A stretch of 64,000 bases of DNA, taken from positions 4,893-68,892 of the forward strand of contig OMWB01000010.1 of NCBI GenBank assembly GCA_900314645.1. Reading direction: 5' to 3'. Of this stretch, positions 51,737 through 62,042 are shown piece by piece. This DNA is from an uncultured Actinomycetes bacterium. GTDB taxonomy: Bacteria > Actinomycetota > Coriobacteriia > Coriobacteriales > Atopobiaceae. Both the position numbers and the translations under genes were made by a program. Numbering within the stretch: the stretch's first letter is position 1; each line of letters opens with the position of its first letter. The notes under the pieces were generated by a model. It saw only the letters and a list, made by a program, of their open reading frames with translations. It was not told the DNA's origin and searched no databases.

Positions 51737-54424
51737 ATGGAAGAGATGCCCAAGACATACGATCCGCAAGAGGTCGAGCCCGAGCTCGTTGAGCAGTGGA
51801 GGGAGGCCGGTTGCTATAAGCGCTCCAAGGGCGCTGAGGACCGCACCATCGTCATTCCGCCGCCCAACGTGACCGGCGTGCTGCATATGGGCCACGCCAT
51901 GGACGACACCATCCAGGACACCCTCACGCGCTACTACCGCATGCGCGGATTCTCCACCCGCTGGATTCTCGGCACCGACCACGCCGGCATCGCCACGCAG
52001 ACCAAGGTGGACAAGAAGTTGAAGGAAGAGGGCATCTCCCGTCTGGAGATTGGCCGCGAGAAGTTCCTGGACGCATGCTGGGATTGGCGCCGTGAGTACG
52101 GCGGCATCATCATCGACCAGATCAACCGCATGGGCTGCTCCATCGACTTCGATGACGAGAAGTTCACCATGAGCCCCGAGTACGCGAAGGCCGTTCGTAA
52201 GGTCTTCTGCGACTGGTATCACGATGGCCTCATCTATCGTGGCAAGCGCATCGTCAACTGGTGCCCCAGCTGCACCACCGCTATCTCTGACGACGAGGCA
52301 GAGTATCGCGACGAGAAGGGCCACCTGTGGCACCTGCGCTACCCGCTGACCGAGCCAGTCGACGGCGTCGAGTACATCGAGGTCGCCACCACCCGTCCCG
52401 AGACCATGCTGGGCGACACGGGCATCGCCGTCTCCCCTCAGGACCCGGACAAGGCCAAGTTCGTGGGCAAGACCGTCATGCTGCCCATCGTCAATCGCGA
52501 GATCCCCATCTTCGCCGACTGGCACGTTGACGCGGGCTTCGGCACCGGCTTCGTGAAGGTCACCCCGGCGCACGACCCCAATGACTACGCCATGGGCCAG
52601 ACGCACGGCCTGCCGCAGATCAACATCTTCGACGAGCACGCGGTGGTCGTCGAGGGCTACGGCGAGTTCACCGGCATGGATCGCGACGAGTGCCGCGAGG
52701 CCGTCGTCAAGTGGTTTGACGAGCACGGCCTGCTGGGTGACGTCGACGAGCACCAGCACTCCGTCATGCATTGCTACCGCTGCGACTCCACGCTGGAGCC
52801 CTGGCTCTCCGAGCAGTGGTTTGTTGCCGTTGACCGCCTGAAGGGGCCCGCGATCGAGGCCGTCAAGAGCGGCGCGGTCACCTTCCATCCGGCGCGTTGG
52901 ACCGACACGTATCTCACCTGGATGGAGAACCTCAAGGACTGGTGCATCAGCCGCCAGCTGTGGTGGGGTCACCGCATCCCGGTCTTCACGTGCGAGGACT
53001 GCGGCTGGGAGGACGCCCTCATGGAGGACACGGATGTCTGCCCGCACTGCGGCGGCCATCACGTGCATCAGGACGAGGGCGTGCTCGACACCTGGTTCAG
53101 CTCGCAGCTGTGGACGTTTGCCACGCAGGGCTGGCCCGATCACCCCGAGCAGATGGTCGGCCATCATCCCACCAAGGTGCTGGTCACCGCTCGCGACATC
53201 ATCGCCCTGTGGGTTGCCCGCATGGTCATGAGCTCGCTCTACTTCGTTGACCAGATCCCCTTCGAGGATGTCTACATCTACGCGACCATTCTCGCCAAGG
53301 ACGGCAGCCGCATGAGCAAGTCCAAGGGCAACGGCGTTGACCCCATGGACCTCATGAAGAAGTACGGCGCTGACGCCATGCGCTTCAACCTGCTCACGCT
53401 CATCACCAACAACCAGGACGTCAAGTTCGACGCCAACATCGACAAGAAGACGCACGAACTCATCGACAGCCCGCGTACCGAGCAGGCCCGCGGCTTCGTC
53501 ACCAAGATCTGGAACGCGAGCCGCTTCGTGCAGATGAACCTCGACGGTTACGAGCCTGGCGCGCCCAAGGCCGAGACGCCCGAGGACGCCTGGATGCTTT
53601 CGCGCCTTGCCAAGATGGTCGCTTCCGCAACCAATGCGCTCGAGACTTACCAGCTGGGCGACTACTCACGCGATATCCAGGCATTCTTCTGGAACGAGGT
53701 CTGCGACTGGTACATCGAGCTCTGCAAGGGACGCCTGCTGGGCGGCGACGCCGAGGAGAAGCTGCAGGTGCAGCGCAACCTCGTGTACGTGCTCGACGTC
53801 TCGCTGCGTCTGCTGCACCCGGTGATGCCGTTCGTGACCGAGAAGGTCTGGGACGCGCTGCCCGCAAGTGGCCTCGACGCGCACGATGCTCCGTTCCTGA
53901 TGCTTGCCGCCTGGCCCGATCCTGACGCACTGGCCGGCTTTGTGAACGACGCAGCCGAGCGCGAGTTCGAGCTTGCCCGCCGCGTGATCTCCGCCGCTCG
54001 CTCGACGCGTGCTCGCTACCGTCTGTCTCCCAAGACCGAGCTGGACATCTGCGTGCGTTCGTCCGTTGAGGATGCCGCGGTGCTCGAGCGCCAGCGCGGC
54101 TTCATCACGAGCGTCGGCCGCGTGGACCAGCTTGCGCTGGGTGCCCGTCAGGACAAGCCGATGGGCTCCATCACGGTGCTCGACGGCGGTCTCGAGATCT
54201 TCGTCGTGGTCGGTGGCCTGGTTGACCTCGCTGCCGAGGCCAAGCGCGTGGAGAAGGATCTCGCCAAGGCGGAGAAGGACCTCGCCAGCGTGACGCGCAC
54301 CCTCAACAACCAGGGCTTTGTTGCCAAGGCAGCGCCCGAGGTCATTGAGAAGAAGCGCGCCCAGGCGGCCGAGCTCGAGCAGACCATCGCGCAGCTCAAG
54401 GCTCAGGCCCAGGACCTGGCATAA
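51737..54424 (+). CDS. valS: Valine--tRNA ligase
   Basis: PPPNVTGVLHMGHAM (HIGH), KMSKSKGN (KMSKS), and a C-terminal coiled coil. 895 aa. Confidence 0.95.
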   Translation: MEEMPKTYDPQEVEPELVEQWREAGCYKRSKGAEDRTIVIPPPNVTGVLHMGHAMDDTIQDTLTRYYRMRGFSTRWILGTDHAGIATQTKVDKKLKEEGISRLEIGREKFLDACWDWRREYGGIIIDQINRMGCSIDFDDEKFTMSPEYAKAVRKVFCDWYHDGLIYRGKRIVNWCPSCTTAISDDEAEYRDEKGHLWHLRYPLTEPVDGVEYIEVATTRPETMLGDTGIAVSPQDPDKAKFVGKTVMLPIVNREIPIFADWHVDAGFGTGFVKVTPAHDPNDYAMGQTHGLPQINIFDEHAVVVEGYGEFTGMDRDECREAVVKWFDEHGLLGDVDEHQHSVMHCYRCDSTLEPWLSEQWFVAVDRLKGPAIEAVKSGAVTFHPARWTDTYLTWMENLKDWCISRQLWWGHRIPVFTCEDCGWEDALMEDTDVCPHCGGHHVHQDEGVLDTWFSSQLWTFATQGWPDHPEQMVGHHPTKVLVTARDIIALWVARMVMSSLYFVDQIPFEDVYIYATILAKDGSRMSKSKGNGVDPMDLMKKYGADAMRFNLLTLITNNQDVKFDANIDKKTHELIDSPRTEQARGFVTKIWNASRFVQMNLDGYEPGAPKAETPEDAWMLSRLAKMVASATNALETYQLGDYSRDIQAFFWNEVCDWYIELCKGRLLGGDAEEKLQVQRNLVYVLDVSLRLLHPVMPFVTEKVWDALPASGLDAHDAPFLMLAAWPDPDALAGFVNDAAEREFELARRVISAARSTRARYRLSPKTELDICVRSSVEDAAVLERQRGFITSVGRVDQLALGARQDKPMGSITVLDGGLEIFVVVGGLVDLAAEAKRVEKDLAKAEKDLASVTRTLNNQGFVAKAAPEVIEKKRAQAAELEQTIAQLKAQAQDLA

Positions 54425-54445
54425 CCAATCGGAGGTACGCCGGAC

Positions 54446-55804
54446 ATGGCGCACAAACTGATGGAAAAGGTTCTCAAGCTCTTTCGTCAACGGGGCACGA
54501 TCTCAAGCTCACGCGTGATACTGGCCCTGTTTGGCGGGCTTATCATAGTGGGCACGCTGCTCCTCATGCTGCCGTTCTCCTATGCGGGTGAACAGCACGT
54601 CAGGTTCATTGACGCGCTGTTCACCTCCACCTCGGCGGTCTGCGTGACCGGTTTGGTGGTGCATGACTCGGCAACGGCATGGACGCCCTTTGGCCAGTTC
54701 GTCATCCTCGCGCTTATCGAGCTGGGTGGCTTGGGCTTTGTGACCAGCGTACTCTTCTTCCGCGTACTCGCAGATCGGGGTCGCAGCATCATCCGGCGCA
54801 GCATCCTGCGCGACGCGGTCTCGGTTCCGCAGATTGGTGGCATCAACCAGCTGCTGAGCTTCATCTTGTCGGTGTCGCTCGCGGCAGAGCTCATCGGCGC
54901 CGCGTTGGTCGCGCCGGCATTTGTTCGCGACTACGGGCTCATGGGCATCTGGTACGCCGTCTTCCACTCGGTCTCGGCCTTCTGTAACGCCGGATTCGAC
55001 ATTCTGGGCGGGCACGTGGAGTTCAGCTCGCTCATCGCGTACCAGACCGACCCGGTGGTCATCCTGGTGACGGCAGGACTCATCATCTTTGGTGGCATCG
55101 GCTTTCTTACCTGGGACGACGTGCGCAAGCACGGGCGCCACATCCGCCGTTACCGCCTACAGACCAAGCTCGTGCTCGCGGGCACGTTCTTCCTGCTGCT
55201 CATTCCGTTCTTGCTCTTCTTCTACTACGAGTTCCGCGGCATCGGGCTCAAGCGTCGACTGCTGCTGTCGTTCTTCTGCGCGGTCACGCCGCGTACGGCC
55301 GGCTTCGCCTCGGTTGATTACGGCGTCATGAGCGAGAGCGGCCGCCTCCTCACGGGCATGCTCATGCTCATCGGCGGCTCCTCGGGCTCGACGGCCGGCG
55401 GCATCAAGGTCACCACGCTGATGGTTGTCCTGATGGCAACGCGCGCTGTGCTCAAGCAGGAGCGCGACACCACGGCCTTTGGTCGCCGCGTCGAGCCAGA
55501 GCTCGTCCGCAAGGCCTTCGTGTTCTTCGTGATCTACGTGTCGCTGTGGGCCATCGGGTCGCTCTTCATCTGCGTGTATGAGGAGGTGCCGGCGCTCAAT
55601 GCCATGTTTGAGTGCGCGTCGGCCCTCGCCACCGTCGGACTCAGCACCGGCATCACGCCGTCGCTGAGGATGCGCTCAAAGCTGCTGCTCATCGCGTTCA
55701 TGTTCTTTGGCCGCATCGGCGGACTCACAATGGCGTATGCTTTCTCACAGCCCGCTTCCGTGTCGGCTGCGAAGTATCCCACCGAGCGCCTGGCCGTAGG
55801 ATAG
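54446..55804 (+). CDS. trkH: TrkH/KtrB-family potassium uptake membrane subunit
   Basis: Repeated pore-loop signatures: SAVCVTGL, NAGFD, TAGFASVD, STAGGIKVTT and LATVGLSTG. Confidence 0.85.
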   Translation: MAHKLMEKVLKLFRQRGTISSSRVILALFGGLIIVGTLLLMLPFSYAGEQHVRFIDALFTSTSAVCVTGLVVHDSATAWTPFGQFVILALIELGGLGFVTSVLFFRVLADRGRSIIRRSILRDAVSVPQIGGINQLLSFILSVSLAAELIGAALVAPAFVRDYGLMGIWYAVFHSVSAFCNAGFDILGGHVEFSSLIAYQTDPVVILVTAGLIIFGGIGFLTWDDVRKHGRHIRRYRLQTKLVLAGTFFLLLIPFLLFFYYEFRGIGLKRRLLLSFFCAVTPRTAGFASVDYGVMSESGRLLTGMLMLIGGSSGSTAGGIKVTTLMVVLMATRAVLKQERDTTAFGRRVEPELVRKAFVFFVIYVSLWAIGSLFICVYEEVPALNAMFECASALATVGLSTGITPSLRMRSKLLLIAFMFFGRIGGLTMAYAFSQPASVSAAKYPTERLAVG

Positions 55805-55850
55805 GCAGGCATATCGCTCCAACGTTTCTCACCTCGAGGAAAGGAATTCC

Positions 55851-56501
55851 ATGGGCAAAAACGTCCTGGTGGTAGGTACCGGTAGATTTGGCCGTTACAC
55901 CATCGAGACCCTTAACAAGCTTGGCCACGAGATTCTTGCGGTTGACCAGAGCGAAGAGAAGGTCGACAAGGTGCTTCCGTTTGTCGCGGGCGCAGAGATT
56001 GGCGATAGCACGGACGAGGAGTTTCTCCAGACCTTGGGCATCGACGACTTTGACCTCTGCATCGTGGCCATCGGAGATAACTTCATGGCGTCCCTCGAGA
56101 CGGCGTCGCTCCTCAAGGACATGGGAGCGCGCAAGGTTGTTGCCCGCGCTACGAGCGATCTGCAGGAACGGCTCCTGCTGCGCTGTGGCGCGGACGAGGT
56201 GGTCTTCCCGGAGCGTCAGATGGGCCGTTGGACGGCCATCCGCTTCAGCGCAGATAACATCATCGACTACATCGAGCTTGCCGACGGCTACACCATCTTT
56301 GAGGTGGAAGTGCCGCTGGCGTGGATGGGCAAGCGCATCGTCGACCTCGACATCCGTCGAAACTACGATGCCAACATCTTGGGCGTGAGCGAGAACGGCA
56401 AGATGAACATGAGCATTTCCGCCGAAACCGTACTGAACAGGGGAGAGAAGGTCCTCGTGCTGGGGCCGCTCGAGCAGATGCGCAGGCTGTTCAGGCTGTA
56501 G
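55851..56501 (+). CDS. trkA: TrkA/KtrA-family potassium uptake regulatory subunit (RCK N plus C domains)
   Basis: VLVVGTGRFGRYT Rossmann motif. C-terminal RCK_C (ELADGYTIFEVEVP...GKRIVDLDIR). Confidence 0.85.
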   Translation: MGKNVLVVGTGRFGRYTIETLNKLGHEILAVDQSEEKVDKVLPFVAGAEIGDSTDEEFLQTLGIDDFDLCIVAIGDNFMASLETASLLKDMGARKVVARATSDLQERLLLRCGADEVVFPERQMGRWTAIRFSADNIIDYIELADGYTIFEVEVPLAWMGKRIVDLDIRRNYDANILGVSENGKMNMSISAETVLNRGEKVLVLGPLEQMRRLFRL

Positions 56502-56663
56502 GGCTGTTCGCTCGTCCACATAAGCGCCATCTTTACGGCTTCAAAACTGCCGATTGCGATGTGCCAGATACCGCCCACGCGACAGCGTGGGCGGTTCTCT
56601 TTTGCTGGGTATCATTACGCCATGCGTTTGTTCTGGCAATGACCGCACGAGGAGTTGATACGG

Positions 56664-57287
56664 ATGAGTCGCGCGAGCAACAAAGAAGACCAGTTCTACA
56701 GCCTGTTGCTTACCTTGAGCAAGAACGTCTTGGCCGCCGTCACCGTGTGGGACGAGATCACTCGCGGCTGGCCCGAGACGAAGGCCCGCATCCCGGAGGT
56801 TCTCGATCTTGAGAACCGCTGCGATGCCACGGAGAACGAGATTCTCAGCGAGCTCAACACGAGCTTCATTACCCCGTTTGACCGCGATGACCTCGATGCC
56901 CTTGCGCGAAACCTGGGCGAGGTGGGCGACCTCGCAGAGGGGACGTCCGCCCGTTACGAGATCTTTGACGTGCACGACATGGTGCCCGAGGCGGCAACCA
57001 TGACAGGGCTTATCGTTGAGTCGATGACCGACATGGTGGCACTCTTCGAGCGTTTCCACGACTTCAGGAAGGACCCGGTGGTCAAGGAGCTGGTCAAGAA
57101 GATTGGCGCCTTGGAGGACGAGGGCGACATCGTGTACCGCAATGCGCTCGGACGTATCTTCAACGAGCCCGATGATCCCATCCACGTCCTGAAGTGGAAG
57201 AGCCTGCTCGACCAGATGGAGCATACGCTCGACTACTGCAAGACCATCGTCAACAACGTGTCGGCCGTCATCATGAAGAACGCCTAA
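56664..57287 (+). CDS. DUF47-family (PhoU-like, Pit-accessory type) protein
   Basis: FYSLL...E..CD..E.EI...L...FITPFDRDDL..LA..L.EV.D...G and YRNAL..IF match the DUF47 pattern. No phosphate permease gene follows. Confidence 0.7.
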   Translation: MSRASNKEDQFYSLLLTLSKNVLAAVTVWDEITRGWPETKARIPEVLDLENRCDATENEILSELNTSFITPFDRDDLDALARNLGEVGDLAEGTSARYEIFDVHDMVPEAATMTGLIVESMTDMVALFERFHDFRKDPVVKELVKKIGALEDEGDIVYRNALGRIFNEPDDPIHVLKWKSLLDQMEHTLDYCKTIVNNVSAVIMKNA

Positions 57288-57304
57288 AGAACGTCGAAAT
57301 CAAA

Positions 57305-57352
57305 CAGCAGGTCCCCATGACACAAGGTGTGGCATGGGGACCTGCTGTTCTA
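57305..57352 (+). terminator. Hairpin terminator
   Basis: cagcaggtccccatg / catggggacctgctg, a perfect 15-bp stem, followed by ttct. Confidence 0.55.
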
Positions 57353-57565
57353 CAGAACTGCCTGTGGCACCAAGAAGGTTCTGCTCGCTCACAATGTCCC
57401 CTCTTCGAGCGTCCTCTCACTTAAGGACGGTGAGAAGCCTTTCACCGATTCTGTCGCATGAAATGACTACAACGTTCCATGACGAAATATGACAGTAGCT
57501 AACAGGTATAAAATTAGCTACATGTTGTATATCTGGAGCTCTACGGAGCAAGAAGGGGGGAAGCC

Positions 57566-58435
57566 ATGGATTTCGTGTCAAGGAGGGGCTTCATAAGGCT
57601 TGCTGGTATGGGAGCTATTTCGGCAGTTCTCACGGCCTGCGGGTCGTCCGGTTCGGGCGGTGGCGAGGAGGTCGAGAAGTGGGGACCCGGAGCGACGCTG
57701 CGTGTGGGCTCGGACTGTGACTATGCCCCTCACAGCTGGATTCAGACCGATGATGCCAATGGCGCTATCGCGCTCCAGGATGGTAGCGGGTTCGTGGGCG
57801 GTTATGACACCAAGGTCGCCCAGATGATTGGCGATGCATACGAATGGAACGTCACGTTTATCAAGGTTGATTGGGATGGTCTCATCCCAGCTCTCAATGC
57901 GGGAAAGATTGACTGCATCATCGATGGTATGGGCGTCACGGAGGAGCGCAAGCAGTCCGTAGACTTCTCCAACTACTATTGGTCCAGCGAACAGGGCATC
58001 GTTTGCCTGAAGGATTCCCCCTACGTCAACGCCAAGAGCCTTGAGGATCTCGCTGGGGCAAAGGTTGCTGCGCAGATTGGTTCGATGTGGGAGGCCATGG
58101 TCGACCAAATCCCGGGTGTCGATAAGCAGGACTCTCTGGTCGACGGTAACACCATCATTGCCGCGCTGCGTGCCGGCAAGATTGACGCCACCATCATGGG
58201 CGAGACCGAAGCAAAATCGTGGATGATTTCCAACCCGGACATGCAGTATGTGACGTTCGAAGAGGGCAAAGGCTTCGAGGTTGACCTCTCCGATTGCTCC
58301 GCGGGCATTGCTGTTGCCAAGGGCAATGACGAGCTACTTAACAAGATCAATGCTGTCGTCGACACCATCACGCGCGAGATGCAGGAAGAGATGATGGACG
58401 CCGCGTTTGCTGAGCAGCCGCTCTCCGTCGCTTAG
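57566..58435 (+). CDS. Amino-acid-type ABC transporter substrate-binding lipoprotein
   Basis: Lipobox VLTACGSS. Family-3 SBP motifs (WDGLIPALNAGKIDCIIDGMGVTEERK). Confidence 0.8.
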   Translation: MDFVSRRGFIRLAGMGAISAVLTACGSSGSGGGEEVEKWGPGATLRVGSDCDYAPHSWIQTDDANGAIALQDGSGFVGGYDTKVAQMIGDAYEWNVTFIKVDWDGLIPALNAGKIDCIIDGMGVTEERKQSVDFSNYYWSSEQGIVCLKDSPYVNAKSLEDLAGAKVAAQIGSMWEAMVDQIPGVDKQDSLVDGNTIIAALRAGKIDATIMGETEAKSWMISNPDMQYVTFEEGKGFEVDLSDCSAGIAVAKGNDELLNKINAVVDTITREMQEEMMDAAFAEQPLSVA

Positions 58436-58519
58436 TCGCCATGTAGCAGCCGGCATCGCTGTCCGCCATCAGGGTGACGCGCGATGCCGGCTGTTTGCTT
58501 TAGGAAGGGAGGGGTTTGC

Positions 58520-59278
58520 ATGGGAGATATACCGACCACATTTACCGGGTGGGTGAGCTTCCTCGTTGAGCGCTTCGGTGCGCAGTTTGCGAAAGGTACC
58601 GTTACCACACTTGAGATCGCCTTCCTAGGCACGCTCTTTGGATGCCTGTTGGGATTCCTTGTGGGCATTGTCCAAAGTCTCACGGTTGACCAACACTCGT
58701 CGCCCCTGATGCGCGTGCTGGTGAAGGGGCTCAAGGCGATCGTTGCCGTATACGTCGAGGTGTTCCGAGGCACACCAATGATGGTGCAGGCTATGGTTAT
58801 CTATTATGGCTCTGCACAGGCGTGGGGCATCGACCTCAACCCGTTTATCTCGGGCATTCTGGTGCTGTCGCTCAACACGGGCGCCTACATGGCAGAGTCG
58901 GTGCGCGGTGCCATCACCGGCATTGACCCGGGCCAGCTTGAGGGCGCTTACGCAATCGGCTTCACACACGTCCAGGCAATGCTGCGTGTCGTCATTCCGC
59001 AAGCGTTCCGCAACTTGATTCCTCAGATAGGCAATACGTTCATTTCGGCTATCAAGGACACGTCCGTCTTGAACGTCATCTCGGTCACCGAGCTGTACTT
59101 CATTGGCCGTGGTGTCTCGAGCGCCTACTATCGTTTCTTCGAGACGTACTTCATCATCTCGATGATCTACCTGTTCCTCACCTTCGTGACCTCGCGACTG
59201 CTTGGAATCATGGAGAAGCACCTTGATGGTGCGAAGGACTACGAGCTCGTAGTCGATGACCTTGCGGAGGTGGCATAG
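58520..59278 (+). CDS. Amino-acid ABC transporter permease (His/Glu/Gln/Arg/opine family)
   Basis: EVFRGTPMMVQ and the EAA loop EGAYAIGFTHVQAMLRVVIPQAFRN. ATG at 58520 after gggagggg. Confidence 0.85.
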   Translation: MGDIPTTFTGWVSFLVERFGAQFAKGTVTTLEIAFLGTLFGCLLGFLVGIVQSLTVDQHSSPLMRVLVKGLKAIVAVYVEVFRGTPMMVQAMVIYYGSAQAWGIDLNPFISGILVLSLNTGAYMAESVRGAITGIDPGQLEGAYAIGFTHVQAMLRVVIPQAFRNLIPQIGNTFISAIKDTSVLNVISVTELYFIGRGVSSAYYRFFETYFIISMIYLFLTFVTSRLLGIMEKHLDGAKDYELVVDDLAEVA

Positions 59279-60022
59279 ATGGCAGATGAGATCCTGAACG
59301 TCGAGCATCTGGGGAAGAGCTTTGGTACGCACGAGGTGCTGAAGGACATCCACTTCTCCGTCGAGCGCGGCGAGGTCATCAGCATTATCGGTTCGTCAGG
59401 CTCTGGTAAGTCCACGCTTCTACGCTGCATCAACATGCTCGAGGAACCGAGCTCCGGCACCATCTACTTTGAAGGGAAGCCTATCTCCTATGCCCCCAAA
59501 GATCGTAGTGCGTTCCGCGCGCGTGTGGGCATGGTGTTCCAGAGCTTCAACCTCTTCAACAACATGACGGTCCTCAAGAACTGCATGGTGGGCGTCGAGG
59601 TGGTTAAGCACGGAAGCAAGGCCGAGGCAGAGCAGCTCGCCAAGAAATACCTGCGTCAGGTGGGTATGTACGCCTATCAGAACGCTCGTCCCAGCCAGCT
59701 TTCAGGCGGACAGAAGCAGCGCGTGGCCATCGCGCGTGCACTTTGCATGAAGCCCGACGTCATTCTCTTTGACGAGCCCACGTCGGCACTTGATCCCGAG
59801 ATGGTGGGCGAGGTGCTTGCCGTCATCAAGGAGCTTGCCGAGGCCGGCATGACCATGGTCATCGTTACGCATGAGATGCTCTTCGCACGGGATATCTCTA
59901 CGCGCGTGGTCTTCATGGACAAAGGCGTAATCGTGGAGGAAGGCCCGCCCGAGCAGCTCTTCAACAATCCCAAGCACCAGCGTACGGCTGAGTTCTTGAG
60001 CAGGTATCGCCAGGGGGAGTGA
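59279..60022 (+). CDS. Amino-acid ABC transporter ATP-binding protein
   Basis: Walker [10 protein letters not shown], signature [15 protein letters not shown], Walker [12 protein letters not shown]. Confidence 0.9.
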   Translation: MADEILNVEHLGKSFGTHEVLKDIHFSVERGEVISIIGSSGSGKSTLLRCINMLEEPSSGTIYFEGKPISYAPKDRSAFRARVGMVFQSFNLFNNMTVLKNCMVGVEVVKHGSKAEAEQLAKKYLRQVGMYAYQNARPSQLSGGQKQRVAIARALCMKPDVILFDEPTSALDPEMVGEVLAVIKELAEAGMTMVIVTHEMLFARDISTRVVFMDKGVIVEEGPPEQLFNNPKHQRTAEFLSRYRQGE

Positions 60023-60076
60023 CAACATGACGAGGAGATTCGTACGCTCCTCAGACTTTCAGACAAGGAGATTCAC

Positions 60077-61045
60077 ATGGATGCCCGTGAAGCCGTTGCG
60101 AAGGCTTTGGAAACACATGGTCCCATAGAGCAGATTTACTGGATTGGTTGTGGTGGGTCGCTCATCGACCTTATACCTGCCGACTACATGATGAATGCGG
60201 AGTCCGCCAAGGTGGAGAGCCGCGCCTATACCGCCAAGGAGTTTGTTGTTGCCACGCCCAAGAAGCTCGGGGCCCACAGCATGGTGGTGGCATTGAGCCA
60301 TTCCGGTGGCACCCCCGAGGTGGTCGAGGCCTTGAAGCTAGCTGAGGAGCGTGGCGCGTTCATCTGGGTCATGACCTCAGGTGAGGGGAGTGCCGTAACA
60401 CAAGGTCCATGGGACACCTACATCTACGTGTGGGAGGACGAAACGCCTCAGCGCGAGCTGGACTCAGCGCAGGCCATCATGGTGTGTGCCGAGCTTATGA
60501 AGGCACAGGAGGGTTTTGACGCCTACGATGCGGTCTACGAAGGCATCGAGAAGCTGGACGGCATTATCGCTGGGGCGAAGGCGAAGGTGGAGTCGGAGCT
60601 TTGTAAGCGCTTTGCCGAGCTTTGCACAAAGCACGACTTCTTCTACATCATGGGCTCAGGAGCTGCGTTTGCGCAAACGTACGGCTTCTCGATCTGCTCG
60701 CTCATGGAAATGCAGTGGCAGAGCTGCTGCTACATACACTCGGCTGAGTACTTCCATGGCCCGTTTGAGGTAACCGAGCCTGGCGTGTTCTACTTCCTGC
60801 AGATGAGCTCTGGCCCCTCGCGCGTGGAGGACGAGCGCGCGCTTGCCTTCGTGAAGACCCACACCGACACCTATATGGTTCTGGACGCGTTGGCGTATGG
60901 CATGGACGCCGTGGACGCACGCGTACGTGCCTACCTTGAGCCCATCATGATCTACTACATGAACGTGAAGTTGCGCGCCGCACGCGGGAAGGTGTTTGAC
61001 CATGACCCGCACATCAGGCGCTACATGGGCATCGAGCAGTACTGA
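60077..61045 (+). CDS. SIS-domain protein, fructosamine-6-phosphate deglycase (FrlB)-like
   Basis: Two SIS halves (VVALSHSGGTPE; FFYIMGSGAAFAQ). Genomic pairing with a PfkB kinase. Confidence 0.6.
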   Translation: MDAREAVAKALETHGPIEQIYWIGCGGSLIDLIPADYMMNAESAKVESRAYTAKEFVVATPKKLGAHSMVVALSHSGGTPEVVEALKLAEERGAFIWVMTSGEGSAVTQGPWDTYIYVWEDETPQRELDSAQAIMVCAELMKAQEGFDAYDAVYEGIEKLDGIIAGAKAKVESELCKRFAELCTKHDFFYIMGSGAAFAQTYGFSICSLMEMQWQSCCYIHSAEYFHGPFEVTEPGVFYFLQMSSGPSRVEDERALAFVKTHTDTYMVLDALAYGMDAVDARVRAYLEPIMIYYMNVKLRAARGKVFDHDPHIRRYMGIEQY

Positions 61046-61105
61046 CGCGCATGCCCCGGCAGGCATCCGCCCGCCGGGGCATCTTCCTGGAGGAGGAGGT
61101 CTCGC

Positions 61106-61963
61106 ATGGGCATCGACGTGAGCGTGCTTGGATTCGGCGACAACGTGGTGGATATTTACGAGCACACGAACACCATGTATCCCGGCGGAAATGCGGTCAA
61201 CTTTGCCGTGGCGGCTCGGCGCTGTGGAGTCGCGCGGAGTGCCTACATGGGTTATTTCGGAAGCGATGCGGCTGGCGAGCACGTGATTCGCTCCCTCGAG
61301 GAGGAAGGTATCGAGCTTGTCAAGTGCCGCCAGCTGCTCGGTCCTAATGGGGCGGCTTGGGTCACGGTCGTTGATGGTGACAGGGTGTTTCTCGGGTCAA
61401 ATGGAGGGGGAATCCGCGGCGAGACGAGTTTCGTGCTCGACCGCTTCGATGTGGCCTACATCCGCCAGTTCGACGTGGTGCACACGGGCAACTACTGCTT
61501 CACCGAGCGCCAGCTGCCCAAGATTCGCGAGGCTGGGGTGCCCCTTTCGTTTGACTTCAGCGACGACTCGTCCGAGGCATACTACGACCGCATTGCCCCG
61601 CTTGTCGATTTTGCCTTCATGAGCTGCGGGGACATGACCGTTGCGGAAACCGAGGACCAGTTGAGGCGCGTGGTTGCGCGTGGCCCGCGCTACGCCAACG
61701 CAACGCGTGGAGCCGAAGGCGCCATTGGCTACGACGGGGAGCGCTTCTATCGCAGGGCTCCCGATCCGGTAAGAAACCTCAAGGACACCATGGCCGCGGG
61801 CGACACCTTCATCGCCGGCTTCGTGGTGAGCTGGTTCGACCTGTCCAAGCGGGGAATAACCGGTCCTGAGCGTGTCGAGCAATCACTTGACTTTGCTGCG
61901 GCAGCCGCGGCTCGTGCCTGCGAGACCGATGGGTCTTGGGGCCACGGTGTACCAGCCATCTAA
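61106..61963 (+). CDS. PfkB-family sugar kinase, fructosamine kinase (FrlD)-like
   Basis: GGNAVNFAV near the N-terminus. The C-terminal motif is DTMAAGDTFIAGF (the PfkB DTxGAGD signature). Confidence 0.65.
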   Translation: MGIDVSVLGFGDNVVDIYEHTNTMYPGGNAVNFAVAARRCGVARSAYMGYFGSDAAGEHVIRSLEEEGIELVKCRQLLGPNGAAWVTVVDGDRVFLGSNGGGIRGETSFVLDRFDVAYIRQFDVVHTGNYCFTERQLPKIREAGVPLSFDFSDDSSEAYYDRIAPLVDFAFMSCGDMTVAETEDQLRRVVARGPRYANATRGAEGAIGYDGERFYRRAPDPVRNLKDTMAAGDTFIAGFVVSWFDLSKRGITGPERVEQSLDFAAAAAARACETDGSWGHGVPAI

Positions 61964-62042
61964 GGCATCGGAGAACTCTGTCGTTTTGTCTTACGCCTGG
62001 CCAACCAGTACGATACTGATGGACCGAGACCAGGAGGTTCCG

